From NCBI GenBank assembly GCA_013239625.1, contig MU054338.1:1676001-1740000 (forward strand): 64,000 bases of DNA, in the 5' to 3' direction. Position 1 is the stretch's first letter; each line of letters begins with the position of its first letter. A model generated the notes under the pieces. It saw nothing but the letters and a program-made list of their open reading frames with translations, made no database searches and was not told where the DNA came from. The stretch comes from Lama guanicoe. Taxonomy: Eukaryota. Shown in pieces: positions 23,731-36,297 of this stretch. A program made the position numbers and the translations under genes.

Positions 23731-26459
23731 TAGCTCAGGAATCACTTTCAAGATGTTTCTCTCTTTCTGTCCTCACATCTACCATCCGTACATCTCCTGG
23801 TTCTCGGCCCTTTAACATCAGCTGCTAGCTGTCCTCTAGTCCTTGGAGTTGGATTTGGACCATGAGGTGACCACCACAGAGCCCCCACCGGGCTGTGCTC
23901 GGCCCAGACCGGCTTGGGCCGGAGCAGACAGGAGTGAAGACAAAAATCGTTCCTGCAGCCCCGTCCCCGGGGCTCACAAGACAGCAGGCTGCCAGGTGCA
24001 CCAGCTGGCGCCAGGCTGTCCCCGGGACCTTCACCCAACAAAGATGCTGGGCTTCCACTTCCCCATCAGGGCGCTCCCCAGGCCCTCAAGAAGGGCCCGC
24101 AGGGGACAAGCCGCAGGGGACAAGGAGACGGGACGCAGCAGTGGGACCTGCTGCAGAATTTGCAGAGCTTGAAGCAAAATGAAACTGTGGGACCCCTTGT
24201 TCAAAAATTATTACAGATTTTAAAATAGTGACAACAGAGCCGTGGTAGGCAGGGGTCTGCAGACCCCACACACACCCTGACTTTATGAACTGCCCATGAG
24301 GCAGGGTCAGTAAATGTCAGACACAGACAATGAAAACTCCAGGCACAAAGTGCCCAGTGCTGTGAGGGAGGAAAAATCATGGGGTTGGAGTGGGGGAACA
24401 GGCAGAACGCACAACGGTGGCTACTAGGGACCCGCGTGGACAGGACGATCACCTGTTCCTGTCACGGGCAGCACATTCTTACAACCTGTGAGCCCCACCT
24501 GGTCCCTAGGCTTTCCTTTTCATGTTTTAAAAATTAAGGTGGAATTCACATACTATAGAATTCACCCTCTAAAATGTCCAGTTCAATGGCTTTTAGGATG
24601 TTCACAAGACTGTGCGACCATCGCTCTAATCCTAGGACACGGCCATCTCCCTGAAGAGACCCCATAGCCATCAGCATGCTATGGTTCAAAGTCCAGTCTC
24701 CCCCCGGAGAGGTAAGACCCCAATTCAGGAACCACGGGCGCTTTGCTCATCACAGTGGTTCAAACTGGTTTCACCGCCAGCCCACAGGGGGCGCTCACCA
24801 GGGCGCACTAGTTCTGGGGATTTTGCACAGACCGGTCAGTGCCAAGAGCACAGCCTGCGGAAGTGGGTGGATCTGGGGGTGAGGGGTGGTGGGCGAGTCC
24901 CGCTTCTGCCACCATGTTATGTAAGACTGTGCCCTCCGTGTTGCTGCAGACGGTGGCCTCAGCTTGCACACATCGATGACGCGATCAGCATGTTGGAGAG
25001 GTCCACGTGGCAGGGGACTGAGGGTGGCCTCCGGTCAACAGCCAGAGAAGAACCAGGGCCCCACAGGAGCTGAATCCTGCTGAGGACCATGTGAACTTGG
25101 CAGCAGCAACTTCCCCAGTCAGGCCTCCCGAGGAGACTCCAGCCCCAGCTGACACCTTGATGGCAACCAGTAAGAGGCCCTGAGCAGAGGACCCGGCTAA
25201 CCTACACCCAAACTTCCAACCCACAGAAACCATGAGATAATAAATGTGTGGGTTTTTTTAAGCCACTAAGTTCATGGCGACTTGTTACATGGCGTTAGCT
25301 AACTAATATGATAGGACACTATTTAAATAAATCATACAGTAGAACAAAAATATCTAATAGCTCCTGAATGCATATACACCAGTCTCTGTGCTGAGTTTTA
25401 TTTTGTATGTGTGTATATGTATCCCCTTACTTAATTATCCTAACAAAAACTATAATTCACTTTTTATGAAGCGAGAAACTGGAGTCACGGAGAAAGAAAA
25501 TCGATTGCTCAAGGTCACCTGTGAGCAGAGCCAGGACGTAAAGGAGGTCGGATGGACGCCAGGCACGAATCCCTAATCACTTTCCCAGTACCAAGCTGGC
25601 AAATGAGAACTATTGGATACAGGTGAAACGATGGGCTAGCGTGCGGGCTGGCAAGCTCTGGCCCGTGGGCCAAATCCGGCCCACTACTTGCTTTTGTAAA
25701 TTAAGTGTTATTGGCCCCCAGCCACGTGCCTTCACTTCCCTAGCGTCTGTGGCTGCTCTTGCGCCACAACGGCGGAATCGGCGGAATCGAGTAGCAGCTA
25801 CAGCGAGCATGAGGTCTGCAGAGCCAAATACGTGCGCTCTGGACTTCGCGAGTTTGACAATCCCTGAGCTAGAGTTAGATTCCAGGGGCTTCGCAGACCA
25901 GGAGCAGGGAAATCCTGAAGTCTGGGAGCAGAGAGACGCGCTACACAAAGGATGCTGGTGCGTTTCACATGCTGGAGTGCCCCAGGGGAGGTCCCAGACA
26001 CAAAGCGGGGCCACGCGAACTGACTGGCGACTGTCTTCAAAGTTCCAAGACAAGAACACTGGCAATAAGAAGGGAAACGTAGGCACGCAGGGCTGGAAGT
26101 CAGAGTGCTAGCTGGTTTTCAGTCGCGACTTTGGGGTTTCACGTCTTACTTTAGAAGGACATCCCTAGTTCTCCAAATTTTCCTTCTAAAAATCTTTCAC
26201 TTTGGAATAACTGTAGATTTACAGTAAATTGCGAAGCTAGGACAGAGAGTTCCCAAACAACCCCGCTCGGCTTAATCTCACATTTACATCTTAGAGGAGA
26301 GGTCACCAGCTCTTCTGTAAAAGGTCAAATGACTACCATTCAGGGCCTGTGGGCTGTAGCTCCCTGCTGCACTTTCCTCTGTGTTTGTTTCTCTCAACAC
26401 TTTAGAAACATAAAAGGCATTTTTAGCTCCTGAGCTGTATAAAAACAGGCTAACAATAA

Positions 26460-26990
26460 AGTGTACTCCATCTGCACAATGGAATATTATTCAGCCTTTA
26501 AAAGGAAAGAAATTCTAACACACTCCAACATGGATGAGCCTCGAGGACATGATGCTTAGTGACAAAAAACCAGACACAAAAGGGCAAATACTCTCTGATT
26601 CCACTCACAGGAGGGCCTAGAGGAGTCAAATTCACAGGGACAGAAAGTAGCCAGCGGGGCCAGGGGCTGGGGGAGGGGGAGTCAGTGTTTAATGAGGACA
26701 GAGTTTCAGTTTGGGAAGATGAGAAAGTTCTGGAGATGGAGGGTGGGGGTGGTTGCACAATAATGTGGATGTGCTTAATGCCGCTGAGCTGTGCACTTAC
26801 AAATGGTTAAGGTGGGAGGGAGGGTATAGCTCAGTGGCACAGAGCGAGCTTAGCATGCACAAGGTCCTGGGTTCAATCCCCAGCACCTCCTCCAAATATA
26901 AATCACTGAGTTACAAAAAAAAATTGTTAAGATGGGAACTTTTTTTAAGATAGTAACTTTTATATTATGTGTATTTTACACTATTTAAAG
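26460..26990 (+). mobile_element. L1MB-type LINE 3' end (less GC-shifted), split by a SINE
   Basis: CAATGGAATATTATTCAGCCTTTAAAAGGAAAGAAATTCT...GATGAGAAAGTTCTGGAGATGG. Confidence 0.8.
26817..26920 (+). mobile_element. tRNA-Ala-derived camelid SINE inserted in an L1MB 3' end
   Basis: Same A/B-box head; TSD AAATGGTTAAGGTGGG / AAATTGTTAAGATGGG. Confidence 0.88.
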
Positions 26991-27724
26991 TAATTAATTA
27001 TAATATAAATAGCTAATTACTACATTTTTAAGAACAGGCCAGTGTGGGCTGGATCTGGCCCCCAGGCTGGCTGGCCAGCCTAGCAGGCTCATCACCACCG
27101 TATGTTTGTTGCAACTCAGAAACCAGCGCTGATGCGTTACTATCAGCGCCACACTTCACCCGGCTGTCACTGGTTTGCCACGGACGTCCTTCTTCTGTTC
27201 CAGGATCCCATCCAGATCCCACAGTGCTTTTATGTGCCTCCCTCTTCTGTAACTTAGTTCCCTCTGGATCCTCATTCCAGGAAAATCTAGAGCCTCCGGG
27301 CCACGAGGCAAGAAAGGTCAAATGAAGGGTGGTGAGGATGAACGCGGGTGGTCACTGCTTGGGGGTCTGCGCTAGGCACATCGCAGGGGGATCACTGGAC
27401 AGGGGCCAGGCGGGCCCACCGTCCACACCGACCAGGTGCTGTGTGCAAAGACTTCACAGCCAGGAAGCGGCTGGGCCTGGTGCAAACCCCGGGCCGCTGC
27501 AGCGTGCTTCTCCCGCCAGTCTCTGTGCAGAGGGACGCGGGCTCTTGGTTCTCCCGGGCACAGTCCGGCTGTGGAATTCTGGGCTCGTGTGGCTAGTTGC
27601 TTGCTGAACCCTCTGAGGAGCTGCTGGACTGTTTTCCAGAGCAGCTGCTCCATTTTCCATTCCTGCCCCTTCTGGCCATGTGCTCAGTCATATCATTGCT
27701 TCTATTGAATTATTTGTTTGTTTC

Positions 27725-27870
27725 AGATCTTTATTATTTTATTTTTATGACTTATTTTTAATTCTTATTTCATTATTTTATTTTATTTAAAAAGTATTTT
27801 TATCTTTTTATTTTTATTATTTAAAAAGTATTTTTATCTTCTTTCATTATTTATTATTTTTATCATTTAA
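27725..27870. repeat. AT-rich low-complexity tract with a short duplication
   Basis: TATTTAAAAAGTATTTTTATCTT occurs twice. Confidence 0.7.
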
Positions 27871-28396
27871 AAATGTTCACAGCAGCAATCTTTACACTAG
27901 CCAAGACATGGCAGCAACCTAAATATCCATCAACAGATGACTGGATAAAGAAGTTGTGATATATACATATACACACACAATGGAATACTACTCAGTCATA
28001 AAAAAGAACTAAACAATACCATTTGCAGCAACATGGATGGACCTAGAGATTATTATTCTAAGTGTAGTAAGTCAGACAAAGACGTATCACTTATACATGG
28101 AATCTAAAAAAATGACACAAATAAACTGATTTACAAAACAGGAACAGACTCATAGACATAGAAAACAAAGTTACGGTTACTAAAGGGGAAAGAGGGGGTA
28201 GATTAGTAGTTTGGGATTAGTAGGTACAACTACTATGTATAAAGCAGATAAACAACAAGGACCTCCTGTACAGCATGGAACTATATTCAACAGCTTGTAA
28301 TGACCTATAATGAAAAAGAATCTGAAGCCGTATGCCTGAAACCAACACAATCTTGTAAATCAACTATAGTTTAATAAATAAAATTTAAAAAAAAGA
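27870..28396 (+). mobile_element. 5'-truncated younger LINE-1 3' end
   Basis: AATGTTCACAGCAGC...GCAGCAACATGGATGGACCTAGAG...poly(A); same family as 53640-54555. Confidence 0.85.
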
Positions 28397-29339
28397 ACAA
28401 CAGTGGTATTTGGTCCGTGTGAAGAACATATTTACAGAAGTATGATTTCTGTTCGCTCCCCAGATTCCGTGGCACAGTCTGGCCATTTTTTGTCTTTACA
28501 GACTGTTCACTGATCTGGCAAAGAAAACTGTCTCAGTGAGCAAGGATTAGTTCCTCAGCTGTGCTTAATGCGCAGAACTAAAACTGATGCACCTTATTTT
28601 TATCTTCCTTTTTATTACTCTTTATTTTTATTTTCTTCCTTTATTCTTTTCACTTTATCAGGATAAATCATTATCTCATTGTTCCATTATTACTATTACT
28701 TCATTATCATTGCCTCATGTTATTATTACTACTGTGTGTGTGGGTCTTGTCTTGTCTTGGGAGGTGGGGTGATGACCCCTCCCCACCACCTGGCCCTCCG
28801 GCCGGAGAGGACAGGAGAACTAGGTGCCCTCTCTGCTTCTGTAGCAGAAGGCGCGCCGCCTGGTTTACAGAGGTCTGCACCCTGCGGCTGGGGGTCCTGC
28901 TCGAACGCCCAGAACCAACAGGGACCCCGCCCGTCCTAGGTCCTGTGGGTGGGGCGGCCCCACCTTTTTGTGGGCTGTTCCAGTAAAGTGCTTCCTTCCT
29001 CTTTCTTAATTGTCCTTTTCCACCCGCAGCTATCGCAGTGCGAGCTGGAGACCAACCACCCACTCTTCCTAATTCCTGACTCACTGCGCCCGCAGGGCAC
29101 CCTGCACCTCAGCAGGCCCCGGGTCGAAAAGCACAGGACCTTTACACACGCCATGGGAGGCCAGCTGCTGTGACCCCCGCGGAGGCCGGACTTCATCTGC
29201 GGGGACTGACCCTCAAGCAGACACAGGCTGGGAGGGCTTCTTGTCGGGGGCAGGGGGCTGGAACAACCCGTCACCGCGGGCAGGAGCAGGATGATCAGGG
29301 CAGCCGTCAGCTCCAGGATGCAGCCCCCTTGGCACAACC

Positions 29340-29730
29340 CAGCCGTCATCTCACAGCCCTGTAGCCAGGACTCCAACAGGCTCTTGGGGCTCAGTCCAGA
29401 CATGGGCAGGGTGGGTCCCTCCGGGGCTCCAGGGAGAAGCGGCTCCTGCCTCTTCCAGCTTCCAGAGGCGCCGCATCCCTGGCTCGTGGCCCCCCCTCCA
29501 TCCTCACCGCCAGCAGCGCAGCATCCCCCGTCTCTCTCTGACTCTGACCTCCCGCCTCCCTCTGATGAGGACCCTGTGATGACATGGGGTCCCTCGGGGA
29601 ATCCAGGGTCACCCCCATCCCAGCGGCCTTAACTCCACCTGCAGCGTCCCCTCTGCCATGTGAGGGACACGTCTGCAGGTCCCGGGGTGGGGACAATGAC
29701 GTCTCTGGGGGCGTTATCCTGCCAACCGCA
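29340..29730 (-). mobile_element. MLT1-type (MaLR) solo LTR
   Basis: GGAGAAGCGGCTCCTGCCTCTTCCAGCTTCCAGAGGCG...TGAGGACCCTGTGATGACAT; MLT1C/D-like layout. Confidence 0.75.
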
Positions 29731-32539
29731 CGCTGGAACGCCCCACGACGGGCGTGCATCTTGCCCTGTAAAGCTGCTTTCAACAGCAGGTCGCCGAAGC
29801 ATACAGGCAGCATGACGCCTTGCCTATAAGGTTAAAAACAACGTGACTTCCTCGGCCGGATGGATTTTCTACTGTGTCCCCCCCCCACCCCACCGAAGCC
29901 CCCGCCAGCATCATAGCAGGATCATAGCATCAGGGTCAAGACCTCCAGCCTGGATTAACCCACCCCAGAGCCATCTCAGGCCCAGGGCTCACGGCGGACC
30001 AGACAAGAGCCCTAACAGAATCAGGCGCTGGGATTACTCCGCAGTCTCACTTGGCGGGTGGAGAGCGCATCCTGGCCAAGGCTGAGCGTGTTTCTGCAAG
30101 GCGGCCCCGGGCAGGAGGAGACCTCTTCCTTCCCCCGTGAAGGCTCATCGACCAGGCTCCGTGCCTTCAGCCCGACCCTCGCCCCGTTCCTGTCACCATT
30201 CTCACAGGGAGATTCCAGCAAGGAGGCCGCTCTTCCCCCCCTGGCTCTAACACCACGTGGAACCAGAAATGGGACACCCATTTGTCCTCTGCCTGCCCTG
30301 TTTCTGTCGTCAAAGCTCTGGGGGGAGAAGATGCCCAAAGGCACCCCAGGGAGGGCCCAGAAGCTGCGGTCCCACCCCGGACGCCCTGGAATGGGGCTGC
30401 GCGCCCGATCCCCGCTGAAATCACCAAGTCAGTCACCTCAGAGAGCACTTCACTGAGGCGGCAGCTGGTGTGCCCTTTTACTTATTTTTTTTAAGGGACA
30501 TTGGGCAAGTAATTTAATGTCCCCATCACAATTTCTGGAGCTACGTTCCCCTGCCATGGCAGCATCTCCAGCGACCCCTGCCTCCCTGTGCTGTGTCAGG
30601 GTGGGTCTGCATGACCAGTCACACAGCAGCACATCACTTCTGGAATAAGTCAGAAAAGGCGTGTGGCATCTTCCTGCTCTTGGGAGCCGGCCACCCTGCT
30701 GTGAGCAGGCCCAGGCAGCTGCAGGTGGCCCATGTGGGGAGGAGCCATGGGAGAGGCTGTCCCAGAAGTGTCTCCCCTGGCCCCAGTCGAGCCTTCAGAT
30801 GAGGCAGCCCCGGTTGACATGTGCTCTATCACCCTCTGAGAGGCTCTGAGCCAGAACCGCCAAGTTAAGCTACCTCCAAATCCCTGATCTATAGAAACTG
30901 CGAGAAAATAAACGCTGGCTGTTTAAACCATGCTTTTGTGGTACTTTGTTACACAGCAATAGATAACTGATACACCCACCGTCTGGGCAGATTCACCTGA
31001 CCGCCCCCATAGATGTTTTGCCAGTCGCTACAATTTTCTAATGGGGAGCAACAAACAGCCCTGGAGTTTTTCACTTTCCTGTTTTCCCACCATCTGGAGG
31101 CCTGACCATCTGAGGAGACACAGAGACTGACAGGAATTCAATGAGGGGAGGGCAGTAGAACAACTGGGACAAGAGAGCAAAGGCCTCGGGACTCCCAGAT
31201 TATCAGGAAGCACCGGCACCTGGTTTCTTAGACTGAAGCAGCCCGCTGCCTTTATCTGTTCCCTCTAAAGCAGAGTCTCCCCCTCAGCCCTGCTGACGGG
31301 GGCCAGGTCCTTCTGAGGGGGGCCATTCTGGGCACAGCCTCTTGGCCGCCACCCACTCGATGCCAGGAGGTCACCAGTGTGACAACCACACAGGTCCTCA
31401 GAGGTGACCCAGTGTCCCCTGGGAGCAGGGTCGCCCCCAGTGGAGACCCCCTGCTCCAAGCATGCCCCTCACAGGTAGGGATGGCAGGACTCAGCGTTAG
31501 GTGACAGGCAGAACCCCCCGCCCCTCCCCGGGCTGCAGTTCCCCCTTCCGGGAACTGAGTGTGTGGGACTGGGATGTCTGAACCCCCTGCCCTGCCCACA
31601 CTGACACCCCACCCGTGCGGAGCAGGAGCGCTTCTCACCGGAGGCTCAGTGCAGATGCAGAGCTATCTGTGTGCAGGCGCTGCAGTCACCACCCCAGCCT
31701 TCACTCATCACCACAGCAACCGTCTAAATGTGTCACCCTGAGGAGCTCTGATTGCAAATGAAGGCTGGGGGTTGGGGGGTGGCACCGAGCCTGGAGCCTG
31801 GAGCCTGGAGCCTCCCTAGCTGAGCTCCTGAGCTGGGGACAGGGCGACACGCTGCTCCAGGGACTGACCCAGACCAGGCACCCCCCAGGTCCCAGTTAGA
31901 TGGGACAGAAAGGCTGGGGGTACCCGACCCAGAGGCTCAGGGGCTCTAGGAGCCCAGCAGAAGTGGGGCGCTGCTGCCCTCAGCTATGTCTTGGTGCCTT
32001 GGAGACTCCCAACCCTCCTCCATGAAACACGGGATGGGGTCCCCCTGTTTTATACCATCTGACCACGGGGGTTACTCTGCCGTGCCATGTGAGCAGGAAT
32101 TAGACTCAATATTTTTCTGAATGATTAATACAGGTCTGCCCCCTTTAGCACTGCGGACACTGGGGCCAGGTTATCCTCTGTGCAGGGCTTCTGGGCACCA
32201 GTCTCCCTGCCCCCACCCACTTGATGCTCGGTGCACCCCAGTGTGAGGACCCCAGATGTCCCCAGCCATTGCCCAGTGCTCCCCTGGGGACAGGCCCACC
32301 CACTGTGCTCGGCAGCAGCCCTCAGAGCCCCACCACCTGGAACTGTCCTATAGGGAGGGATAGGTAACTGATTTGGGAACAGGACCAATTTCCGACAAAA
32401 AAGAAAAAAAAATGTGTACACACAGATTTCTTTTTCCTCTCAAAGTCAAAATAGATCCACTCTGTTCCCCAGAAGGGGGTGGGTGGGGACAGATATTCCT
32501 GCCTCTGAGAGGCACATGGCGGCGTGTGTCCCGACTCCA

Positions 32540-32700
32540 CGCCTGACTCACTCCCCCGTGCCTCAGTTTCCAAATCTGTAACATGGAGATGACAGCAGCA
32601 CCTCCTGGCCAGGTTTGTTTTCTGGATGAAGGAAGTGAGTAGCTATAACATGCATAAATCAGTGCCTGGAACGTTGTTAATAGTATGTAACTTCTTTATT
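32540..32700 (+). mobile_element. MIR SINE fragment (others near 12900, 37800, 41860, 52800, 59900, 62130, 63420)
   Basis: MIR core GTGCCTCAGTTTCCAAATCTGTAACATGGAGATGA. Confidence 0.7.
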
Positions 32701-32754
32701 ATTAGAACTTCTTTATCACTTCAGAACTTCTATTGACCTGCTTTGTTGACAAGG

Positions 32755-32901
32755 CCAGGGTTCAGCAAAGCATTTCTGTGAAGGACCAGATGGGAAGTGT
32801 TTTTGGCTCTGTGAGTCAGAAGGTCTCTGTCGCTACCGCTGAACTTGGCCAGTGTAGACAAGGGGGCGAGGCTCTGTGTGGATAAAAATGTACCAGCCCA
32901 G
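32755..32901 (+). mobile_element. MER58-like hAT MITE, left half (right half at ~36298-36357), split by the L1
   Basis: CAGGGTTCAGCAAAGCATTTCTGTGAAGGACCAGAT...GGTCTCTGTCGCTAC, resuming after the L1 as ...GGGCTGCAGTTTGCGACACCTG. Confidence 0.7.
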
Positions 32902-35900
32902 ATTTTCTGGTTGTGGAATGGTAGGACCACGAGCTCGCCTCTCCTCGTGACTACAACAAAACCGCAACTGACTGCTAAACAGCCATTAAAAAAAAAAAGA
33001 CTGGGACCTAGCAGAAAAGATCTTCTGCAACTGAAAACATAAAGAGGGAACCACAGCGGGACGGTAGGAGGGCGGGCTCGCGATATAATGGGGCCCCATC
33101 TCCCCCGGGTGGGCGACCCCCAGGCTGAAGGATCATGAAGTCGCAGAGGCCCTCCCACAGGAGGGACAGTTCTGAGCCCCACGTCAGGCTCCCCAGCCTG
33201 GGGTTCGGGCGCTGGGAGGAGGAGGAGCCCCCAGGACACGTGGTTTTGAAGGCCAGCGGGGCTTGGCCCCGGGAGCCCCACGGGACTGGGGGAAACAGAG
33301 ACAAGATTCTGTGTGCGCTTCCCTCACTCTTGGGAAGCGCACACAGAATCTTGTGAGCGCCAGGTCCAAGGGCAGACGCAGTGACTTCACAGGAACCTGG
33401 GCCAGGCCTGCCTGCTGGTTTTGGAAATTCTCCTGGGGACACAGGGGACGGCTGCGGCTCACCCAGGGGACGTAAAAGCTGGTGGCGGACATTCCAGGAG
33501 TGTTCATCTACATGAGCTTTCCCGGAGGCTGACATCTTGACTGGATCATTGGCGCCAAGACCCAGCCCCACCCAACAGCCTGTGGGGAAGCCTCAGGCCA
33601 GACACCACACAGGGTGGGAGCACAGCCCCACCTGTCGGCAGACCTCCTGAGCCACAAAGGCCCCTAGACAGGACCCTGCCCACCAGAGGTCCGGGACCAA
33701 GCCCCACCCAGCAGAGGGCAGGCGGCGGCTCCTCCTGCCGGGAACCTGCACAAGCCCCATCCACCAGGGGCGGGCACCAGAAACAAGAAAACAGCAATCC
33801 CAGAGCCTGTGGAAGGAGTCCACACACACAGGCCAGACTCCACCCTGGGACCGGCTGGACCCTGGCTCTTGGGTGACAAGAGAGGACTGCACTGCTGGGA
33901 CGCACAGGACGTCTCCCACAGAGGGCCACCTCTCCAAGGTCGAGAAATGCAACTCACCTGCCTACAACTACAAATAGAAAGACAGACAATATGAGGTGGC
34001 AGAGGAATATCTCCCAGGCCAAAGCACAAGATGAAATCCCAGAAGAAGAAATGTGATGAGGAGATAGGCAATTTATCAGAGAAAGAGTTTAGAGTAATGA
34101 TGGCAAAGACGTTCAGAGAATTCAAGAGGAGTACAGATGCACAGAGCGAAGTTTTCAGCAAAGAGTTGGAAAATATAAAAAACATACAGAGATGAAGAAT
34201 AAAATCACTGAAATAAATAACACACTAGAAGGAACCAAAAATAGACTAAATGAGGCAGAAGAACAGATCAGTGAGTTAGAACACAGATTAGTGGAAATCA
34301 CTACTGCAGAACAGAAGAATGAATGAGAAGAAATGAGGACAGCTTAAGAGAACTCTGGGACAACATGAAGCTCACCCATATTCACATTATAGGGGTCCCA
34401 GAAAGAGGAAAGGGAGAGAAAGGACCTGAGAAAACTTTCGAAGAGGTAATAACCAAAAACTTCCCCGACTTGGGAAAGGAAACAGTCACCCACGTCCAGG
34501 AAGCGCAGAGAGCTCCACACAGGACCAACCCAGAGAGGAACCCGCCCAGGCACATGGTCATCAAACTGACAAAAATTGAGGAGGAGAAAATATTAAAATC
34601 AGCAAGAGGAAAGCAACAAATAACACACAAGGGAGTGCCCGTAAGGTTATCAGCTGATGTTTCAGGAGAACTCCCCAGGCCAGAAGGAAGCGGCACGATA
34701 CATTTAAGTGATGAAAGGGGAAACTTACAGCAAGGCTCTTGTTCAGACTTGATGGAGAAATCAAAAGCTTCACAAACCAAAGCTAAAAGAATTCAGCACC
34801 ACCAAGCCAGCTTTACAACAAATGTTAAAGGAACTTCTCTAGTCATTAAACCACAAGAAGAGAGAACAAAAAGAAGAGAGAGAGGAAAAAAAAAAAAACC
34901 TACAAAAGATTGCTCTGGCAGTTTGGGGTGTTTCATGGTTCCATACAAATTCTGGAATTGTTTGTTCTAGTTCTGTGAGGAACGTCGTGAGTACTTTGAC
35001 GGGGCCGCGCTGGCTCTGCGGATTGCTTTGGGTGGTGTGGCCACTTTGATAATGTTGATTTTTCCACTCCAAGAGCACAAGATATCTTCCCATTTCTTTG
35101 TATCATCTTCAGTTTCCTTCATCAGTGTCTGACAGTTTTCAGAGTACAGGTAACCTTCTTGCTTAAGTTTATTTCTGGGTATTTTGTTGTTTTTGATGCA
35201 ATGGAGATGTTTATGCCAGTTACAAAATTCTGGCTTGTGAAGTAAAAAAAAAAGTGAATGAAGAGCCACAAATGGCAAAATATCCTTCTTTTTCATGGGT
35301 GAGTTGTGTTCCACTGCGTATATGTGCTACGTCTTCTTTATCCATGTATCTGTTGATGTGCACTTAGGATGCTTCCGTATCTTGCCAATTATAAATGATA
35401 TTGCTGTTAATAGCGGGGTGTATGTATCTTTTTGAATTACTGTTTTTGTTTTTCTTGGATAAATGCCCAGGAGTGGAATTGCTGGGCCATATGGTGGTTC
35501 TATTTTCAGGTTTCTGAGAAACCTCCATGTTGTTTTCCATGGTGGCTGCACCAATTTACATTCCCACCAACAGTGTACAGGGGTTCCCTTTCCCCACACC
35601 CTCACCAACATTTGTTATTTGTGTTCTTTGTGATGATGGCCGTTCTGACAGGTGTGAGATGGTGTCTCACTGTGATTTTGATCTGCATTTCCCTGACATC
35701 AGTGATGTTGAGCAACTTTCCATGTTCCTGTTGGCCATCTGCATTTCTTCTTTTGGAAAAGTGTCAGTTAAGTTCTTCTGCCCGTATTTTAAACGGGCTG
35801 TTTGTTTGCTTTTTAATTGAAGTACAGTTGATTTAAAATGTTGTATCAGTTTTTGGTGCGCAGCATGGATGGTCTCGGAGGGCACTGTGCTGAGTGAAGT

Positions 35901-36297
35901 AAGTCAGACCAAGAAGGACAAATACTGTAAGAGACCACTTACATGCGGAATCTAAGAAAATACAACAAACCAGTGAATATGACAGAAAAGAAGCAGACTC
36001 ACAGATGCAGAGAAGGGACGAGCGGTTACCAGTGGGGGGAGGGGAGGGGCGGGGCAAGACGGAGGGGGAGGAGCAAGAGGTGGGGACTATCAGGGGTGAA
36101 CAAGCTGCGAGGAAGCGCTGTACGGCGTGGGGGGCGGCGCCAGTGCTTTGTAAGGACTGTAAATGTGCAACCTGTAAAAACTGTGAAGCACTATATCACA
36201 CACCTGTTAACATGTAACACTGTACGTCAGCTATTCTTCAACTTAAAAAATACGATGCTACAAAATACATACATAAATAAATAAAAAATGGTTTTAA
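32902..36297 (+). mobile_element. Rearranged LINE-1: 5' UTR, ORF1, inverted ORF2 fragments and 3' UTR/poly(A), inserted into a MER58-like element
   Basis: CpG-rich 5' UTR ~32902-33990; ORF1-like translation (EDSLRELWDNMK..IHIIGVPE..KLTKI..ILKSARGK); antisense ORF2 pieces ~34908-35200 and ~35265-35810; sense 3' UTR ~35860-36290 with A-rich tail. TSD AAAAATGTACCAG(C/T)CCAG at 32884-32901 and 36298-36315. Confidence 0.88.
33991..34842 (+). pseudogene. Disrupted L1 ORF1p remnant
   Basis: ATG at 33991. L1 ORF1 coiled-coil/RRM-like motifs appear in ORF 34323..34970; interrupted by stops and frameshifts. Confidence 0.8.

Noticed and set aside
34323..34970. 215-aa ORF as a host gene or functional ORF1p
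   Set aside because: It is a frameshifted L1 ORF1 fragment running into the inverted segment.
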